From an uncultured Muribaculaceae bacterium (GTDB lineage Bacteria; Pseudomonadota; Alphaproteobacteria; Rs-D84): a stretch of DNA of 32,000 nucleotides. The position numbers and the translations under genes are program-made. The stretch is taken from assembly GCA_965231035.1 (NCBI GenBank), contig OZ246409.1:121101-153100 (forward strand). The letters run 5' to 3'. Positions 6,428 to 15,288 of the stretch are shown here, piece after piece. The notes under the pieces were generated by a model. The model worked only from the letters and a program-made list of their open reading frames with translations. It searched no databases and was not told the DNA's origin. Every line of letters begins with the position of its first letter. The first letter of the stretch is position 1.

Positions 6428-7716
6428 TATTTTCCTTTTACAGGTATTTTCAAGTTCTGTTTTGGATAAATCAGATTTGGGTTCTGGATATTGTTTGTTT
6501 CTGCGATAATGCTGAACAATATGCCTTTGCTTAAAAAGTTTCTTGAAATAATCCACAAACAATCGCCGCGACGAACTGTATAGAATGTATCATCTGCACC
6601 AGTTGCAGTCGGCATTGTAAATTTATGTTTTACTTCGGCAACTGTTTTATTCTGACCATCATGCAAACGAACAACCAAAGTATATTCTTTGCCTGGTTCT
6701 AATTTTTCAACATCTGCACCCAATCCAAAATATTTGTAATCAGATACGTGTGCAAAGCCCAAATATTTATCGTTCAATGTCAACGATACACGAAGGCGTG
6801 GCAATGCGTTTCCGGTTACAACTATGCGTCCACTGGATAAATAATCGATTTTTGATACGACCAAGTCACCGTTTTTCAACATTGGAACTTGCAATAATTT
6901 GCTGCCGTCTTTTGTTATTAACAAAGAAACTGAGTCTGCATAGCCGCGTTCAGAAACATAAATAAACACACTGTTTTCTGATTCTGTTTTTGGATCTGCA
7001 CCAACCAATTTAATTGTATAGTTGCCTGGGTTAAAGGCATGCTTTGGTGCATATGCAAATTCACCATTTTTATCTGTACGTTCTGTTGCAACAACTTTGT
7101 TATTCATAACAACAGAAACATTTTTATCTGCCAACCAACGTCCTGCAACTACGACGTTTCCTTCTTTGTCAATGCGAACAATATCAAAGCTGGGGGTAAC
7201 AGTATTAACAGCAACTGATGCTGTTTGTTTTGCAGCAGGCGCAACAGCAGTTTTAACAACACTTGTCTTGGCCGCTGGTTTAACTTCTTTCTTTACTGTT
7301 TTTACAACAGGTTCTGGAACAACAGGTGCAACCACAGTTTCTGTTTTTACTTCTTCGGTTCCAGCATCTTTCTTTACATTCATATCACTGCGAACAAATA
7401 CAACCCAAACACCGATGGCCAAAACGATAACTGCGCAAAGTATCGGAAACCAATAAGCTGATAAACCAGATGGTCTGTCTTTCTTTTCTTCTATACGTTT
7501 TAATTTACGAGCATTCTTTGCTGCAATTCTGGCATTTCTGGCAGTAGTATTTGCAGAAGAGCGTGCAAAAATATTCAATTTTTTCAAGAATCTTTTTGCA
7601 AAATCACGACGACGTGACATCCAAGAATTTTGGCGTGCAACTGCACCTTCGATCATATCATCTGTGGAAGTTTTTGTTTTACCAATGTTTTTGGTTTTAA
7701 CATTTTTTTGGGCCAT
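6427..7716 (-). CDS. LysM peptidoglycan-binding domain-containing membrane/periplasmic protein
   Basis: The C-terminal LysM motif is TFYTVRRGDCLWIISRNF...NPNLIYPKQNLKIP. There is one TM helix (YWFPILCAVIVLAIGVWVVFV) and a Pro/Val/Lys/Ala-rich linker. I set the start at the ATG at 7716, which is preceded by GGAGAATATTCA; the track uses an upstream TTG at 7767. Confidence 0.85.
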   Translation of the reverse strand: MAQKNVKTKNIGKTKTSTDDMIEGAVARQNSWMSRRRDFAKRFLKKLNIFARSSANTTARNARIAAKNARKLKRIEEKKDRPSGLSAYWFPILCAVIVLAIGVWVVFVRSDMNVKKDAGTEEVKTETVVAPVVPEPVVKTVKKEVKPAAKTSVVKTAVAPAAKQTASVAVNTVTPSFDIVRIDKEGNVVVAGRWLADKNVSVVMNNKVVATERTDKNGEFAYAPKHAFNPGNYTIKLVGADPKTESENSVFIYVSERGYADSVSLLITKDGSKLLQVPMLKNGDLVVSKIDYLSSGRIVVTGNALPRLRVSLTLNDKYLGFAHVSDYKYFGLGADVEKLEPGKEYTLVVRLHDGQNKTVAEVKHKFTMPTATGADDTFYTVRRGDCLWIISRNFLSKGILFSIIAETNNIQNPNLIYPKQNLKIPVKGK

Positions 7717-7805
7717 TGAATATTCTCCAATATTTAATCTTTTATCTCTGCGTACCCCTCTGGACAAATATTATTACAAAAAATCTTTCTTTGTCAACTT
7801 ATTTA

Positions 7806-7814
7806 TGATATAAT
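7806..7814 (+). promoter_or_regulatory. Candidate extended -10 promoter (TGaTATAAT) for the PFK gene
   Basis: The sequence is TG-n-TATAAT, 31 nt upstream of the ATG. No well-spaced -35 is present. Confidence 0.45.
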
Positions 7815-7844
7815 TTGGAAAAATAATTAAATTTGAGGAAAATT

Positions 7845-8924
7845 ATGAAAAAAATAGGGATTATGACGACTGGCGGCGATTGTTCTGGGCTGAATACGGC
7901 CATTCATCGTGTTGTTATTGGCGCACATCAACGCGGTTGGCAGGTTATTGGCATCCAAGACGGAACAGATGGTTTGACCTATGAAACCCCAAAAGTGATA
8001 AAATTTGATACAAACACATTGCCGATTGAAAATGCAAGATTATCGGGCAGCTTTCTTTGCAATGGTCACAGTGGTGCTGAAAACTTTCAAACTGCTGCAA
8101 AAACCGGCAGCCATGAATTGTTTAATAAGAAAATTAAAAACGCTTTGCGTAAACTGGAATTAGACTCTTTGATTTTGATTGGTGGAAACGGCAGTCTGTC
8201 ACTGGCACATAAGAATCGTGATTTGTATTCTGATGTTTCACTGGTCTGCATTCCAAAAACAATTGATATGGATATTCCAAAAACAGACACAACCATTGGC
8301 TTTTCAACCGCAGTGCAACAGCTGGTTAATTACTGCGATCAATTGCTGTTGACGGCCCGCAGTCATCACAGATGGTTTATTGTTCAAACAATGGGTCGCG
8401 ATTGTGGAAATTTGGCTTTGAATGCTGGTGTTGCGGTTGGTGCAGATGCAATTTTAATTCCAGAAATAAAATTCAACATCGATGAACTGGTAAATCATAT
8501 AAAAAAGCAACCCAGGGATTATGGAATTATTTTGGTATCCGAAGGCATTTCATTACGTGGACATTCTGGCAAGCCCGCTGAAATGGTTTCACGCGCATTG
8601 AACGCTGCTGGGATGGTCAACAGAACAGCATTCCCAGAACATATTCAAAGGGCAGGTGAAACAACCGCAGCCGACCGATTGATTGCTACACAAATGGCAG
8701 ATTGTGCATTGAATGCTATTGAAAACAATGAAACATTTGTTATGACTGCGATGATTGACGGAAAATGTAAAACAATTTCATTGGAAGAATTTTTTAACTC
8801 AGGTGACATTGTATGCGATCCAAATATTCCAAATATGGAAACGTCGGATGCGTATGTATCACCAGAAGACCCGCTGCTGACCATAGCAGAAAATATGGGA
8901 ATTTACATTGGGGAAGTTAAATGA
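7845..8924 (+). CDS. pfkA: 6-phosphofructokinase family protein (ATP- or PPi-dependent; atypical active-site motifs)
   Basis: It contains GIMTTGGDCSGLNTAI, IGGNGS, PKTIDMD, TIGFSTA, MGRDCGNL and HIQRAG, all colinear with E. coli PfkA motifs. I chose the start at ATG 7845, which follows the RBS GAGGA; the track uses TTG 7833. Confidence 0.85.
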   Translation: MKKIGIMTTGGDCSGLNTAIHRVVIGAHQRGWQVIGIQDGTDGLTYETPKVIKFDTNTLPIENARLSGSFLCNGHSGAENFQTAAKTGSHELFNKKIKNALRKLELDSLILIGGNGSLSLAHKNRDLYSDVSLVCIPKTIDMDIPKTDTTIGFSTAVQQLVNYCDQLLLTARSHHRWFIVQTMGRDCGNLALNAGVAVGADAILIPEIKFNIDELVNHIKKQPRDYGIILVSEGISLRGHSGKPAEMVSRALNAAGMVNRTAFPEHIQRAGETTAADRLIATQMADCALNAIENNETFVMTAMIDGKCKTISLEEFFNSGDIVCDPNIPNMETSDAYVSPEDPLLTIAENMGIYIGEVK

Positions 8925-9847
8925 CAGATGTATCAATTTTATATTATTTGCTTTATTTAGGGGCTTTTGCAACAGCAGGCGCAGAAGTTGGAAATTCTAT
9001 AAAAACTTTAAGTCATAAAGTCTCTTCTATGCGAAAAACAAAATTTATTGTTGCAAAAAAGAAAGTTAAATCTCAAAATGATATAGATAAAAACTACACT
9101 TTTGGTTCCTATCTACCAAATAAAAATAAAATATATTTGTACGCATTATATCTAAACCGTGAAATTGCAAAAGAAAATTCTGAATTAAAAAATCAAGTTG
9201 ATGCGCACAATAAACATTTAATTTTTACAAAAATACACGAAAAAAAACATGCTGAAAATTCTAAATATCTAAAAAATATTTACCACTTATCAAAACAAGA
9301 CCGTACTGTTTTAATGATGTTAAATGAAATAAGTGCATATATGTCAACTTATATTCGTATACGAACAAAATTACTAAAATATAAATCAAATAACACAAAA
9401 AAACCGACAATTAATATTAATATTCCAAAAGAAATTTATCCTTTATTAACTGCATATATTTATAATTTGAATAATAATAAAAATTTAGAAATTAATAGAA
9501 TATCATCAGGTGAAGCAACAGTGCTATTTAACATTGCAATTGCACATTTTATGAATGTATTTGATTGTGAATATAAAAAAGATATTTTAAAATTATCTAA
9601 TAATTCAATATCTCCAACATCGTATATGTTAAAGAAATCATTATATAAAAAATATTCCTTTGATGAGATTATAAACGCTTTCTTTACATTTGATATAGAA
9701 GGGCAGGAAATAAATATTTTAAAAAAATTATCTGAATCAAAACGTAATGACTATTTATCACAACTGACAACTATGGCAAAAAGTTTTGGCAAATTCGATA
9801 ATGAGAAAATTGCCATGGAAATTGCTTCAAAAGCTTTAGATTATTGA
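8921..9847 (+). CDS. Hypothetical AT-rich protein with a hydrophobic N-terminus and an HExxH motif
   Basis: The 308-aa ORF has an ATGA overlap with the PFK stop. It is very Lys/Asn/Ile/Tyr-rich. HEKKH lies at 9236-9250. I recognise no family. Confidence 0.5.
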   Translation: MTDVSILYYLLYLGAFATAGAEVGNSIKTLSHKVSSMRKTKFIVAKKKVKSQNDIDKNYTFGSYLPNKNKIYLYALYLNREIAKENSELKNQVDAHNKHLIFTKIHEKKHAENSKYLKNIYHLSKQDRTVLMMLNEISAYMSTYIRIRTKLLKYKSNNTKKPTININIPKEIYPLLTAYIYNLNNNKNLEINRISSGEATVLFNIAIAHFMNVFDCEYKKDILKLSNNSISPTSYMLKKSLYKKYSFDEIINAFFTFDIEGQEINILKKLSESKRNDYLSQLTTMAKSFGKFDNEKIAMEIASKALDY

Positions 9848-9850
9848 ATA

Positions 9851-9876
9851 AAAAATCCGGCTATTGCCGGATTTTT
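9851..9876. terminator. Bidirectional intrinsic terminator between the convergent 308-aa ORF and dnaK
   Basis: The sequence aaaaatccggc-tatt-gccggattttt has A and T runs on either side. Confidence 0.8.
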
Positions 9877-9892
9877 TATTTGATGTCTTTTG

Positions 9893-11782
9893 TTATTTCT
9901 TTTCAGAAAAATCGGCATCTGTTGTTTTATCATCCGCTGGCTTTTCATCTGTTTGTTCTGACGATTGCTGTTGCTGTGCCTTGTAAACTGCTTCGCCCAG
10001 TTTCATTGCTTTTTCGGTCAATGCATCTGTTTTGGTTTTCAAGCTTTCAGCAGTCGCATCAGATTTTGCCAATTCATCTGCCAATTCTTTTTTGGCAGAT
10101 TCAATTGCAGTTTTTTCTTCTTCACTGATTTTATCGCCATATTCTTTCAATGATTTTTCAATTCCGAAAATGGACGCTTCGGCGTTATTTTTTGCCTCGA
10201 CCAATTCGCGTTTTTTCTTATCAGCTTCGGCATTGCGTGCAGCTTCGTCCACCATCTTTTTAATATCTTCTTCGGACAGACCACCATCGGATTTGATTGA
10301 AATCATCTGTTCTTTGCCCGTACCTTTATCCTTAGCTGATACATGCACAATACCGTTCGCATCAATATCAAAAGAAACTTCGATTTGTGGCATACCACGT
10401 GGGGCAGGTGCAATACCTTCCAAATTAAATTGTCCCAACAATTTATTATCAGCCGCCATATCGCGTTCGCCTTGGAACACGCGGATTGTAACCGCATTCT
10501 GATTGTCTTCGGCAGTACTGAACACCTGGGATTTTTTGGTTGGAATTGTTGTGTTGCGATCAATCAAGCGTGTGAATACCCCACCCAATGTTTCAATACC
10601 CAAAGACAAAGGTGTTACATCCAACAACAAAACATCTTTTACATCGCCTTTTAATACACCACCTTGGATTGCAGCACCCAGTCCCACAACTTCGTCTGGA
10701 TTAACACCTTTATGTGGTTCGCGACCAAAGAATTCTTTTACTACTTCAATAACCTTTGGCATACGTGTTTGACCACCAACCAAGATTACTTCGTTAATTT
10801 TTGATTTATCCAAACCAGCGTCTTTCAAAGCTTTGCGGCAAGGTTCAATAGTTTTTTCAATCAAGTCTGCAACCAGTGATTCCAGCTTTGCACGTGTCAA
10901 AGTAGTATTAAAGTGAACCGGGCCAGATGCGTTTGCTGTCAAATAAGGCAGGTTGATATCTGTGCTGGTCTTAGACGACAATTCAATTTTTGCCTTTTCA
11001 GCAGCTTCTTTCAAACGTTGCAATGCCAATTTATCCGAAGATAAATCAATTCCCTTATCTGATTTAAATTCAGAAATCAAATGATTCAAAATTCGTGCGT
11101 CAAAATCTGAACCACCCAAAGCAGTATCACCGTTTGTTGATTTTACTTCGAATACACCATCAACGATTTCCAAAATAGAAATATCAAATGTACCACCACC
11201 CAAATCGTAAACAGCAACAACGCCATTTTTGTTTTTATCCAAACCATATGCCAATGCAGCAGCTGTTGGTTCATTAACAATACGCAAAACATTCAATCCT
11301 GCGATACGGCCAGCGTCTTTGGTTGCCTGACGTTGAGAATCATTAAAATAAGCGGGAACAGTGATAACTGCGTCTGTAACTTTTTCACCCAAATAGTTTT
11401 CTGCATCCTTTTTCAGTTTTGCTAAAATCATAGCAGAAATTTGCGAAGGTGCATATTTTTTGCCATCAATTTCAACCCAAGCGTCACCGTTGTCGCCAGG
11501 AATAATTTTATAAGGTACACGACCCGCAATTTCGCGTACAGAAGAGCTGTCGAAGCGTAAACCCATCAAACGTTTGATTTCGTAAACTGTGTTTTCAGGA
11601 TTAGTTACAGCCTGGTTTTTGGCAGTAATACCAACTAACTGTTCGTTTCCACCAGTAATTGCAACCACAGATGGTGTTGTGCGTTGACCCTCTGCATTTT
11701 CAATAATTTTCGGGTCAGAACCATCCATAAATGCCATTGCGGAATTTGTAGTTCCTAAATCAATACCCAATACTTTTGCCAT
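9893..11782 (-). CDS. dnaK: Molecular chaperone DnaK (Hsp70)
   Basis: The 629-aa ORF contains [28 protein letters not shown] and [17 protein letters not shown]. It looks like an alpha/mitochondrial-type sequence. Confidence 0.97.
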   Translation of the reverse strand: MAKVLGIDLGTTNSAMAFMDGSDPKIIENAEGQRTTPSVVAITGGNEQLVGITAKNQAVTNPENTVYEIKRLMGLRFDSSSVREIAGRVPYKIIPGDNGDAWVEIDGKKYAPSQISAMILAKLKKDAENYLGEKVTDAVITVPAYFNDSQRQATKDAGRIAGLNVLRIVNEPTAAALAYGLDKNKNGVVAVYDLGGGTFDISILEIVDGVFEVKSTNGDTALGGSDFDARILNHLISEFKSDKGIDLSSDKLALQRLKEAAEKAKIELSSKTSTDINLPYLTANASGPVHFNTTLTRAKLESLVADLIEKTIEPCRKALKDAGLDKSKINEVILVGGQTRMPKVIEVVKEFFGREPHKGVNPDEVVGLGAAIQGGVLKGDVKDVLLLDVTPLSLGIETLGGVFTRLIDRNTTIPTKKSQVFSTAEDNQNAVTIRVFQGERDMAADNKLLGQFNLEGIAPAPRGMPQIEVSFDIDANGIVHVSAKDKGTGKEQMISIKSDGGLSEEDIKKMVDEAARNAEADKKKRELVEAKNNAEASIFGIEKSLKEYGDKISEEEKTAIESAKKELADELAKSDATAESLKTKTDALTEKAMKLGEAVYKAQQQQSSEQTDEKPADDKTTDADFSEKK

Positions 11783-11818
11783 TTTTTACTCCTAGTTTTA
11801 TAAATTTATCTGTGTGGA

Positions 11819-11850
11819 ATATAGTGATAAAAAAAGTGATTTCAAGGGGG
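11819..11850 (-). promoter_or_regulatory. Sigma-32 (RpoH)-type heat-shock promoter of dnaK
   Basis: The minus strand reads CCCCCTTGAAA, then 13 nt, then CACTATAT. The E. coli sigma-32 consensus as I recall it is CCCTTGAA, 13-17 nt, CCCCATNT. It lies about 35 nt upstream of the dnaK ATG. Confidence 0.6.
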
Positions 11851-11871
11851 AATATATATAAATTTATTATT

Positions 11872-11899
11872 AAAAAAACCGCCATTTTGGCGGTTTTTT
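11872..11899 (-). terminator. Intrinsic terminator after rplY
   Basis: The sequence aaaaaaaccgcc-atttt-ggcggtttttt gives a U-run on the minus-strand transcript. Confidence 0.8.
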
Positions 11900-11909
11900 A
11901 TGACTTGCT

Positions 11910-12560
11910 TTATTTCTTTTCCGGCGCAGCAGCCTTGACAGCAGGTGCAGCAGTAGCAGCAACAGCCTCAGCAGTTGGTTTTTTAACATCTACTTCTTCG
12001 GCCATTTTTCCACCAATTGTTGCAAATGTCAGATCTGCCTGACGCAAACCTAATGAAACCCCCGCAGGTAATTCCAAAGCAGATCCGTGTACAGATTCAC
12101 CAATATTCAAATTCGCTAAATCCAACTGGATTTTTTCAGGAATAGAATCAATCAATCCAACCAGTTCAACTTTACGAACTGCAAAGTTCAAAACACCACC
12201 CAATTTAATACCTTTGGAAATTTCAATGTTGATAACTTCTACTGGAACAACAACCTTTACAGGTTTTTTTACGTCGATACGTTTGAAATCAACGTGTACA
12301 ACTTTGTCAGATACTGGATGGTATTGAATATCCATCAACATAGCGTCTTCTTTGCCGCCTTTGGTTTGAATTTCAAATAATTTTGTTCGCAATCCTGGCT
12401 GGCGGATCAGCATTTCAAAGCTGCGACCTTCTAATTCAATAGAAATAGGGGATTTTTTTTCGCCGTAAACTACAGCAGGAATATTTTTGTTATTGCGAAT
12501 TGCACGTGCGGCCCCCTTGCCAGCAACATTGCGAATTTCAGCGTTTACTTTAATTGACAT
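11910..12560 (-). CDS. rplY: 50S ribosomal protein L25 / general stress protein Ctc (long form)
   Basis: The 216-aa ORF contains RNNKNIPAVVYG and HPVSDKVVHVDF. It has an Ala/Pro/Lys-rich C-terminal tail. Confidence 0.9.
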   Translation of the reverse strand: MSIKVNAEIRNVAGKGAARAIRNNKNIPAVVYGEKKSPISIELEGRSFEMLIRQPGLRTKLFEIQTKGGKEDAMLMDIQYHPVSDKVVHVDFKRIDVKKPVKVVVPVEVINIEISKGIKLGGVLNFAVRKVELVGLIDSIPEKIQLDLANLNIGESVHGSALELPAGVSLGLRQADLTFATIGGKMAEEVDVKKPTAEAVAATAAPAVKAAAPEKK

Positions 12561-12636
12561 TTTTCGTCCTTTTTTAAGTTATACGGCCTCCAAGGGTGCC
12601 GCGCAGGGCGAATTATTAACTAAAAGTATCTAAAAA

Positions 12637-13179
12637 TCAAGCTTTTTTTATAATTAAAAATCTGGCGCGACCGTATTTCTTGTCTTTCAAGGTAATCCAA
12701 TCGTTGGAAATATTCGGATTAAACTTACCATCTTCCACTTCCCAAACAATAATCGTCCCAGATTTTGCAATTTTTGAAAGTTTATTAACCAAATCCAAAC
12801 CCAATTCAGCATTGGCATACGGCGGATCAATAAAAACCAAGTCTGAAACTGCACCATGCTTTTTTACTGCGTCAATTGTATTTGTCCGTTCCACTAAATA
12901 ATCGCCAGCAATTCTAACCAAATTTGATTTGATTGTTTTAATTGACGCATCCGATAAATCTGTAAAAATAACCCTTGTTTCATAACGGGATAAAAATTCA
13001 ATTCCAAACGCACCGCTGCCAGCAAAAGCATCCCAAACAACATTCGTTTTTATTTTCAAAGAATCTAACATATTGAACAAGGCAATACGCGCACGATTTT
13101 GTGTTGGTCGGGCATCATCGGGCAAATTTAGCTTTCGTCCGCGATATTTTCCTGAAATAATTTGCAAATTCGATTTCAT
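12637..13179 (-). CDS. rsmD: 16S rRNA (guanine966-N2)-methyltransferase RsmD
   Basis: I moved the start to the ATG at 13179 (MKSNLQIISGKYRGRKL). It contains RPTQNRARIALFNML, the SAM motif DAFAGSGAFGIE and FIDPPY. The longer track ORF would run through the tadA start. Confidence 0.88.
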   Translation of the reverse strand: MKSNLQIISGKYRGRKLNLPDDARPTQNRARIALFNMLDSLKIKTNVVWDAFAGSGAFGIEFLSRYETRVIFTDLSDASIKTIKSNLVRIAGDYLVERTNTIDAVKKHGAVSDLVFIDPPYANAELGLDLVNKLSKIAKSGTIIVWEVEDGKFNPNISNDWITLKDKKYGRARFLIIKKA

Positions 13180-13197
13180 AAGTTTAAAGTATAGACT

Positions 13198-13644
13198 ATG
13201 GATTTTATGAAACAAGCTTTTATTTCTGCAAAACGTGCGTCCCAACATGACGATGTACCAATTGGTGCAGTGATTGTCAAAGATGGAAAAATAATTGCAC
13301 GCGGTGAAAATATGGTGCAGAAAAAAAACAACCCAACACTGCATGCGGAAATTGTTGCAATCAATCGTGCCTGCAAAAAACTGGGGGCAAAGTTTTTGGA
13401 TGACTGCGAAATTTATGTGACCTTAGAGCCTTGTGCAATGTGTGCGACTGCAATTTCATACGCCAGAATTGAAAAGATTTATTTTGCAGCACGCGATGAA
13501 AAGGGTGGTGGAATTCTGCATAACGCAAGAATTTTTGAAACAGATAAACATTTGTGGAAACCAAAAATTACAGGACTGCCAGAATATGTTTCCGAATCCG
13601 CAGAAATGTTGAAAAGATTTTTTAAAGAAAAAAGAAAAAAATAA
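13198..13644 (+). CDS. tadA: tRNA adenosine(34) deaminase TadA
   Basis: The 148-aa ORF contains the HAE and PCAMC zinc-binding motifs of the CDA fold. The size is typical. Confidence 0.92.
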   Translation: MDFMKQAFISAKRASQHDDVPIGAVIVKDGKIIARGENMVQKKNNPTLHAEIVAINRACKKLGAKFLDDCEIYVTLEPCAMCATAISYARIEKIYFAARDEKGGGILHNARIFETDKHLWKPKITGLPEYVSESAEMLKRFFKEKRKK

Positions 13645-13666
13645 TCCCAACAAATGTTGGGATTAT
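13641..13666. terminator. Bidirectional hairpin terminator between convergent tadA and gpmI
   Basis: The sequence is ataatcccaac-aaat-gttgggattat. On the minus strand it is followed by a T-run. Confidence 0.7.
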
Positions 13667-13667
13667 T

Positions 13668-15152
13668 TTATATTAAACTTTTTCCTGTCATATCATCGGG
13701 CTGGGGCAGGTTTAATAATTTTAGAATCGTTGGTGCAATATCTGACAATCCACCATTTTGAACTGTATGTTTTTCACCTGAAACAACTATAAAAGAAACC
13801 GGGTTTGTTGTGTGCGCAGTCCAAGGAACATTGTTTTTATCATCCCACATCTTTTCTGCATTTCCATGGTCAGCTGTTACCAGTACAGTTCCACACAATT
13901 CCAAAGCAGCCGGAACAATTAGCGACAACTGTTCATCCAAGCATTCCATTGCTTTGATTGTTTCGGCTTCATTTCCAGTGTGTCCAACCATATCACCATT
14001 TGCATAATTCAAAATCACAACGTCAAATTTTGACAGTCTGGATAATAATTGTTTTGTAATTTCTGGTGCGGACATCGTGGGCTGTAAATCAAATGTCGCA
14101 ACATTTGGTGATGGAATCAGAACTTTTTCTTCACCATTAAAATTAACATCTTTTTCAGCATCAAAAAAATAAGTTACATGATTATATTTTTCTGTTTCTG
14201 CAATTCTTAATTGTGTTTTTCCGTTCGCCGCCAGTATTTCACCCAATGTATTTTTTACAGGAACATCCGGCAACAGTGCAGGGCAAGATTCATCTAAACC
14301 TTCGCCATATTGTGAAAAACAAAGCATACGAGCATTGGTCTTTAATAATTCACGCAAAATCTGACGTGCACGATCACTTCGATAGTTGCAAAATAATATC
14401 CCGTCATTTGGCGTTATCTTTGGATAATCCGTAATTTTTTGCTCGGTATGATGTGGTGGTCTAATTATTGTTGGTTTAATAAATTCGTCCGTTTCACCAC
14501 GTTTGTATGCATTTATAATTGCCTCTTCGGGATAATGCTCATCAAACTCTGCTATACCGTTTGCAATTGCATTGAAAGCCATTTCTGTACGATCTAGATT
14601 ATTATTTCTATCCATTGCATAGTAACGTCCCATCACAGTTGAAACAATCTCATATGGTAATTCATCTTTTAACATATCAAGATATTTTTCTGCGGATTTT
14701 GGTGGTGTATCACGGCCATCAGCAATAAAATGAACAACTATTTTTAATTTCGAGTTAATAATCCGTTTAGCAATTGTAATTATCTCATTTATATCTGAAT
14801 GAACACGACCATCAGACATTAATCCTATAATATGCACAACGCCTTTGGATTTCTTTACAGCATCTATAAATTCACTCAGTGCCTGGTTTTTATTCCAATC
14901 TTCCAATTCAAACCTGCGTAAGAATTGATTTATAATTCGACCAGAACCAATTGTTATGTGTCCAACTTCGGAATTTCCCATAACACCGTCCGGCAACCCG
15001 ACTGCAGGTCCACTGGCATCTAATTTTGAACTGGGGTATTTTTCCAATAGCTTATGAAAAAAAGGCATTTTTGCCTCAATTACCGCATTATGAGATTTTT
15101 CAGAACTTAATCCTACACCATCTAGAATACATAAAATCAAAGGTTTTGTCAT
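13668..15152 (-). CDS. gpmI: 2,3-bisphosphoglycerate-independent phosphoglycerate mutase
   Basis: The 494-aa ORF contains ILCILDGVGL, NSEVGHITIGSGR, ANGDMVGHTG and TADHGNAE motifs. Confidence 0.94.
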   Translation of the reverse strand: MTKPLILCILDGVGLSSEKSHNAVIEAKMPFFHKLLEKYPSSKLDASGPAVGLPDGVMGNSEVGHITIGSGRIINQFLRRFELEDWNKNQALSEFIDAVKKSKGVVHIIGLMSDGRVHSDINEIITIAKRIINSKLKIVVHFIADGRDTPPKSAEKYLDMLKDELPYEIVSTVMGRYYAMDRNNNLDRTEMAFNAIANGIAEFDEHYPEEAIINAYKRGETDEFIKPTIIRPPHHTEQKITDYPKITPNDGILFCNYRSDRARQILRELLKTNARMLCFSQYGEGLDESCPALLPDVPVKNTLGEILAANGKTQLRIAETEKYNHVTYFFDAEKDVNFNGEEKVLIPSPNVATFDLQPTMSAPEITKQLLSRLSKFDVVILNYANGDMVGHTGNEAETIKAMECLDEQLSLIVPAALELCGTVLVTADHGNAEKMWDDKNNVPWTAHTTNPVSFIVVSGEKHTVQNGGLSDIAPTILKLLNLPQPDDMTGKSLI

Positions 15153-15184
15153 TTTATATCCGATATTTCCTGGTCGTTTAGTTC

Positions 15185-15213
15185 AAGTTATCATAACCGT
15201 TTTTTGATTGCAA
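15185..15213 (-). promoter_or_regulatory. Candidate gpmI promoter overlapping an 11-bp palindrome
   Basis: On the minus strand there is TTGCAA (15213-15208), a 17-nt spacer, and TGaTAACTT (-10 at 15190-15185). The palindrome GTTATCATAAC (15187-15197) overlaps the -10. Confidence 0.35.
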
Positions 15214-15288
15214 AAGAAAAAGAAAACTTGTATAAATTCATTGAAAGCATAGGAAGTTTTTCATATGCATGTTAAGGAGAGGTAAAAG

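Noticed and set aside
6428-6562. The longer 94-aa version of the small ORF downstream of the LysM gene
   Set aside because: Its first 45 codons overlap the LysM domain coding region in another frame. The ATG that overlaps the LysM stop is the more parsimonious start.
7022-7461. Plus-strand ORFs of 144 aa and 78 aa inside the LysM gene
   Set aside because: They are antisense to the Pro/Val/Lys/Ala linker region and give a low-complexity Thr/Phe/Ser translation, with no RBS or promoter context.
9965-10772. Several long plus-strand ORFs (62-156 aa) antisense to dnaK
   Set aside because: They lie fully inside a very confidently called, highly conserved gene and have low-complexity, Ser/Phe/Cys-rich translations. 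Long stop-free antisense frames in hsp70 genes are a known codon-bias artefact.
12561-12636. A GC-rich 28-nt patch (acggcctccaagggtgccgcgcagggcg) in the rsmD-rplY spacer as a terminator or L25 leader
   Set aside because: Only mutually exclusive 3-4-bp stems can be drawn, and no U-run follows. The structure is too weak to call.
13180-13344. N-terminal extension of rsmD (the 235-aa version)
   Set aside because: It would run antisense through the tadA start, and the extension has an implausible composition. The canonical RsmD N-terminus begins at the ATG at 13179.
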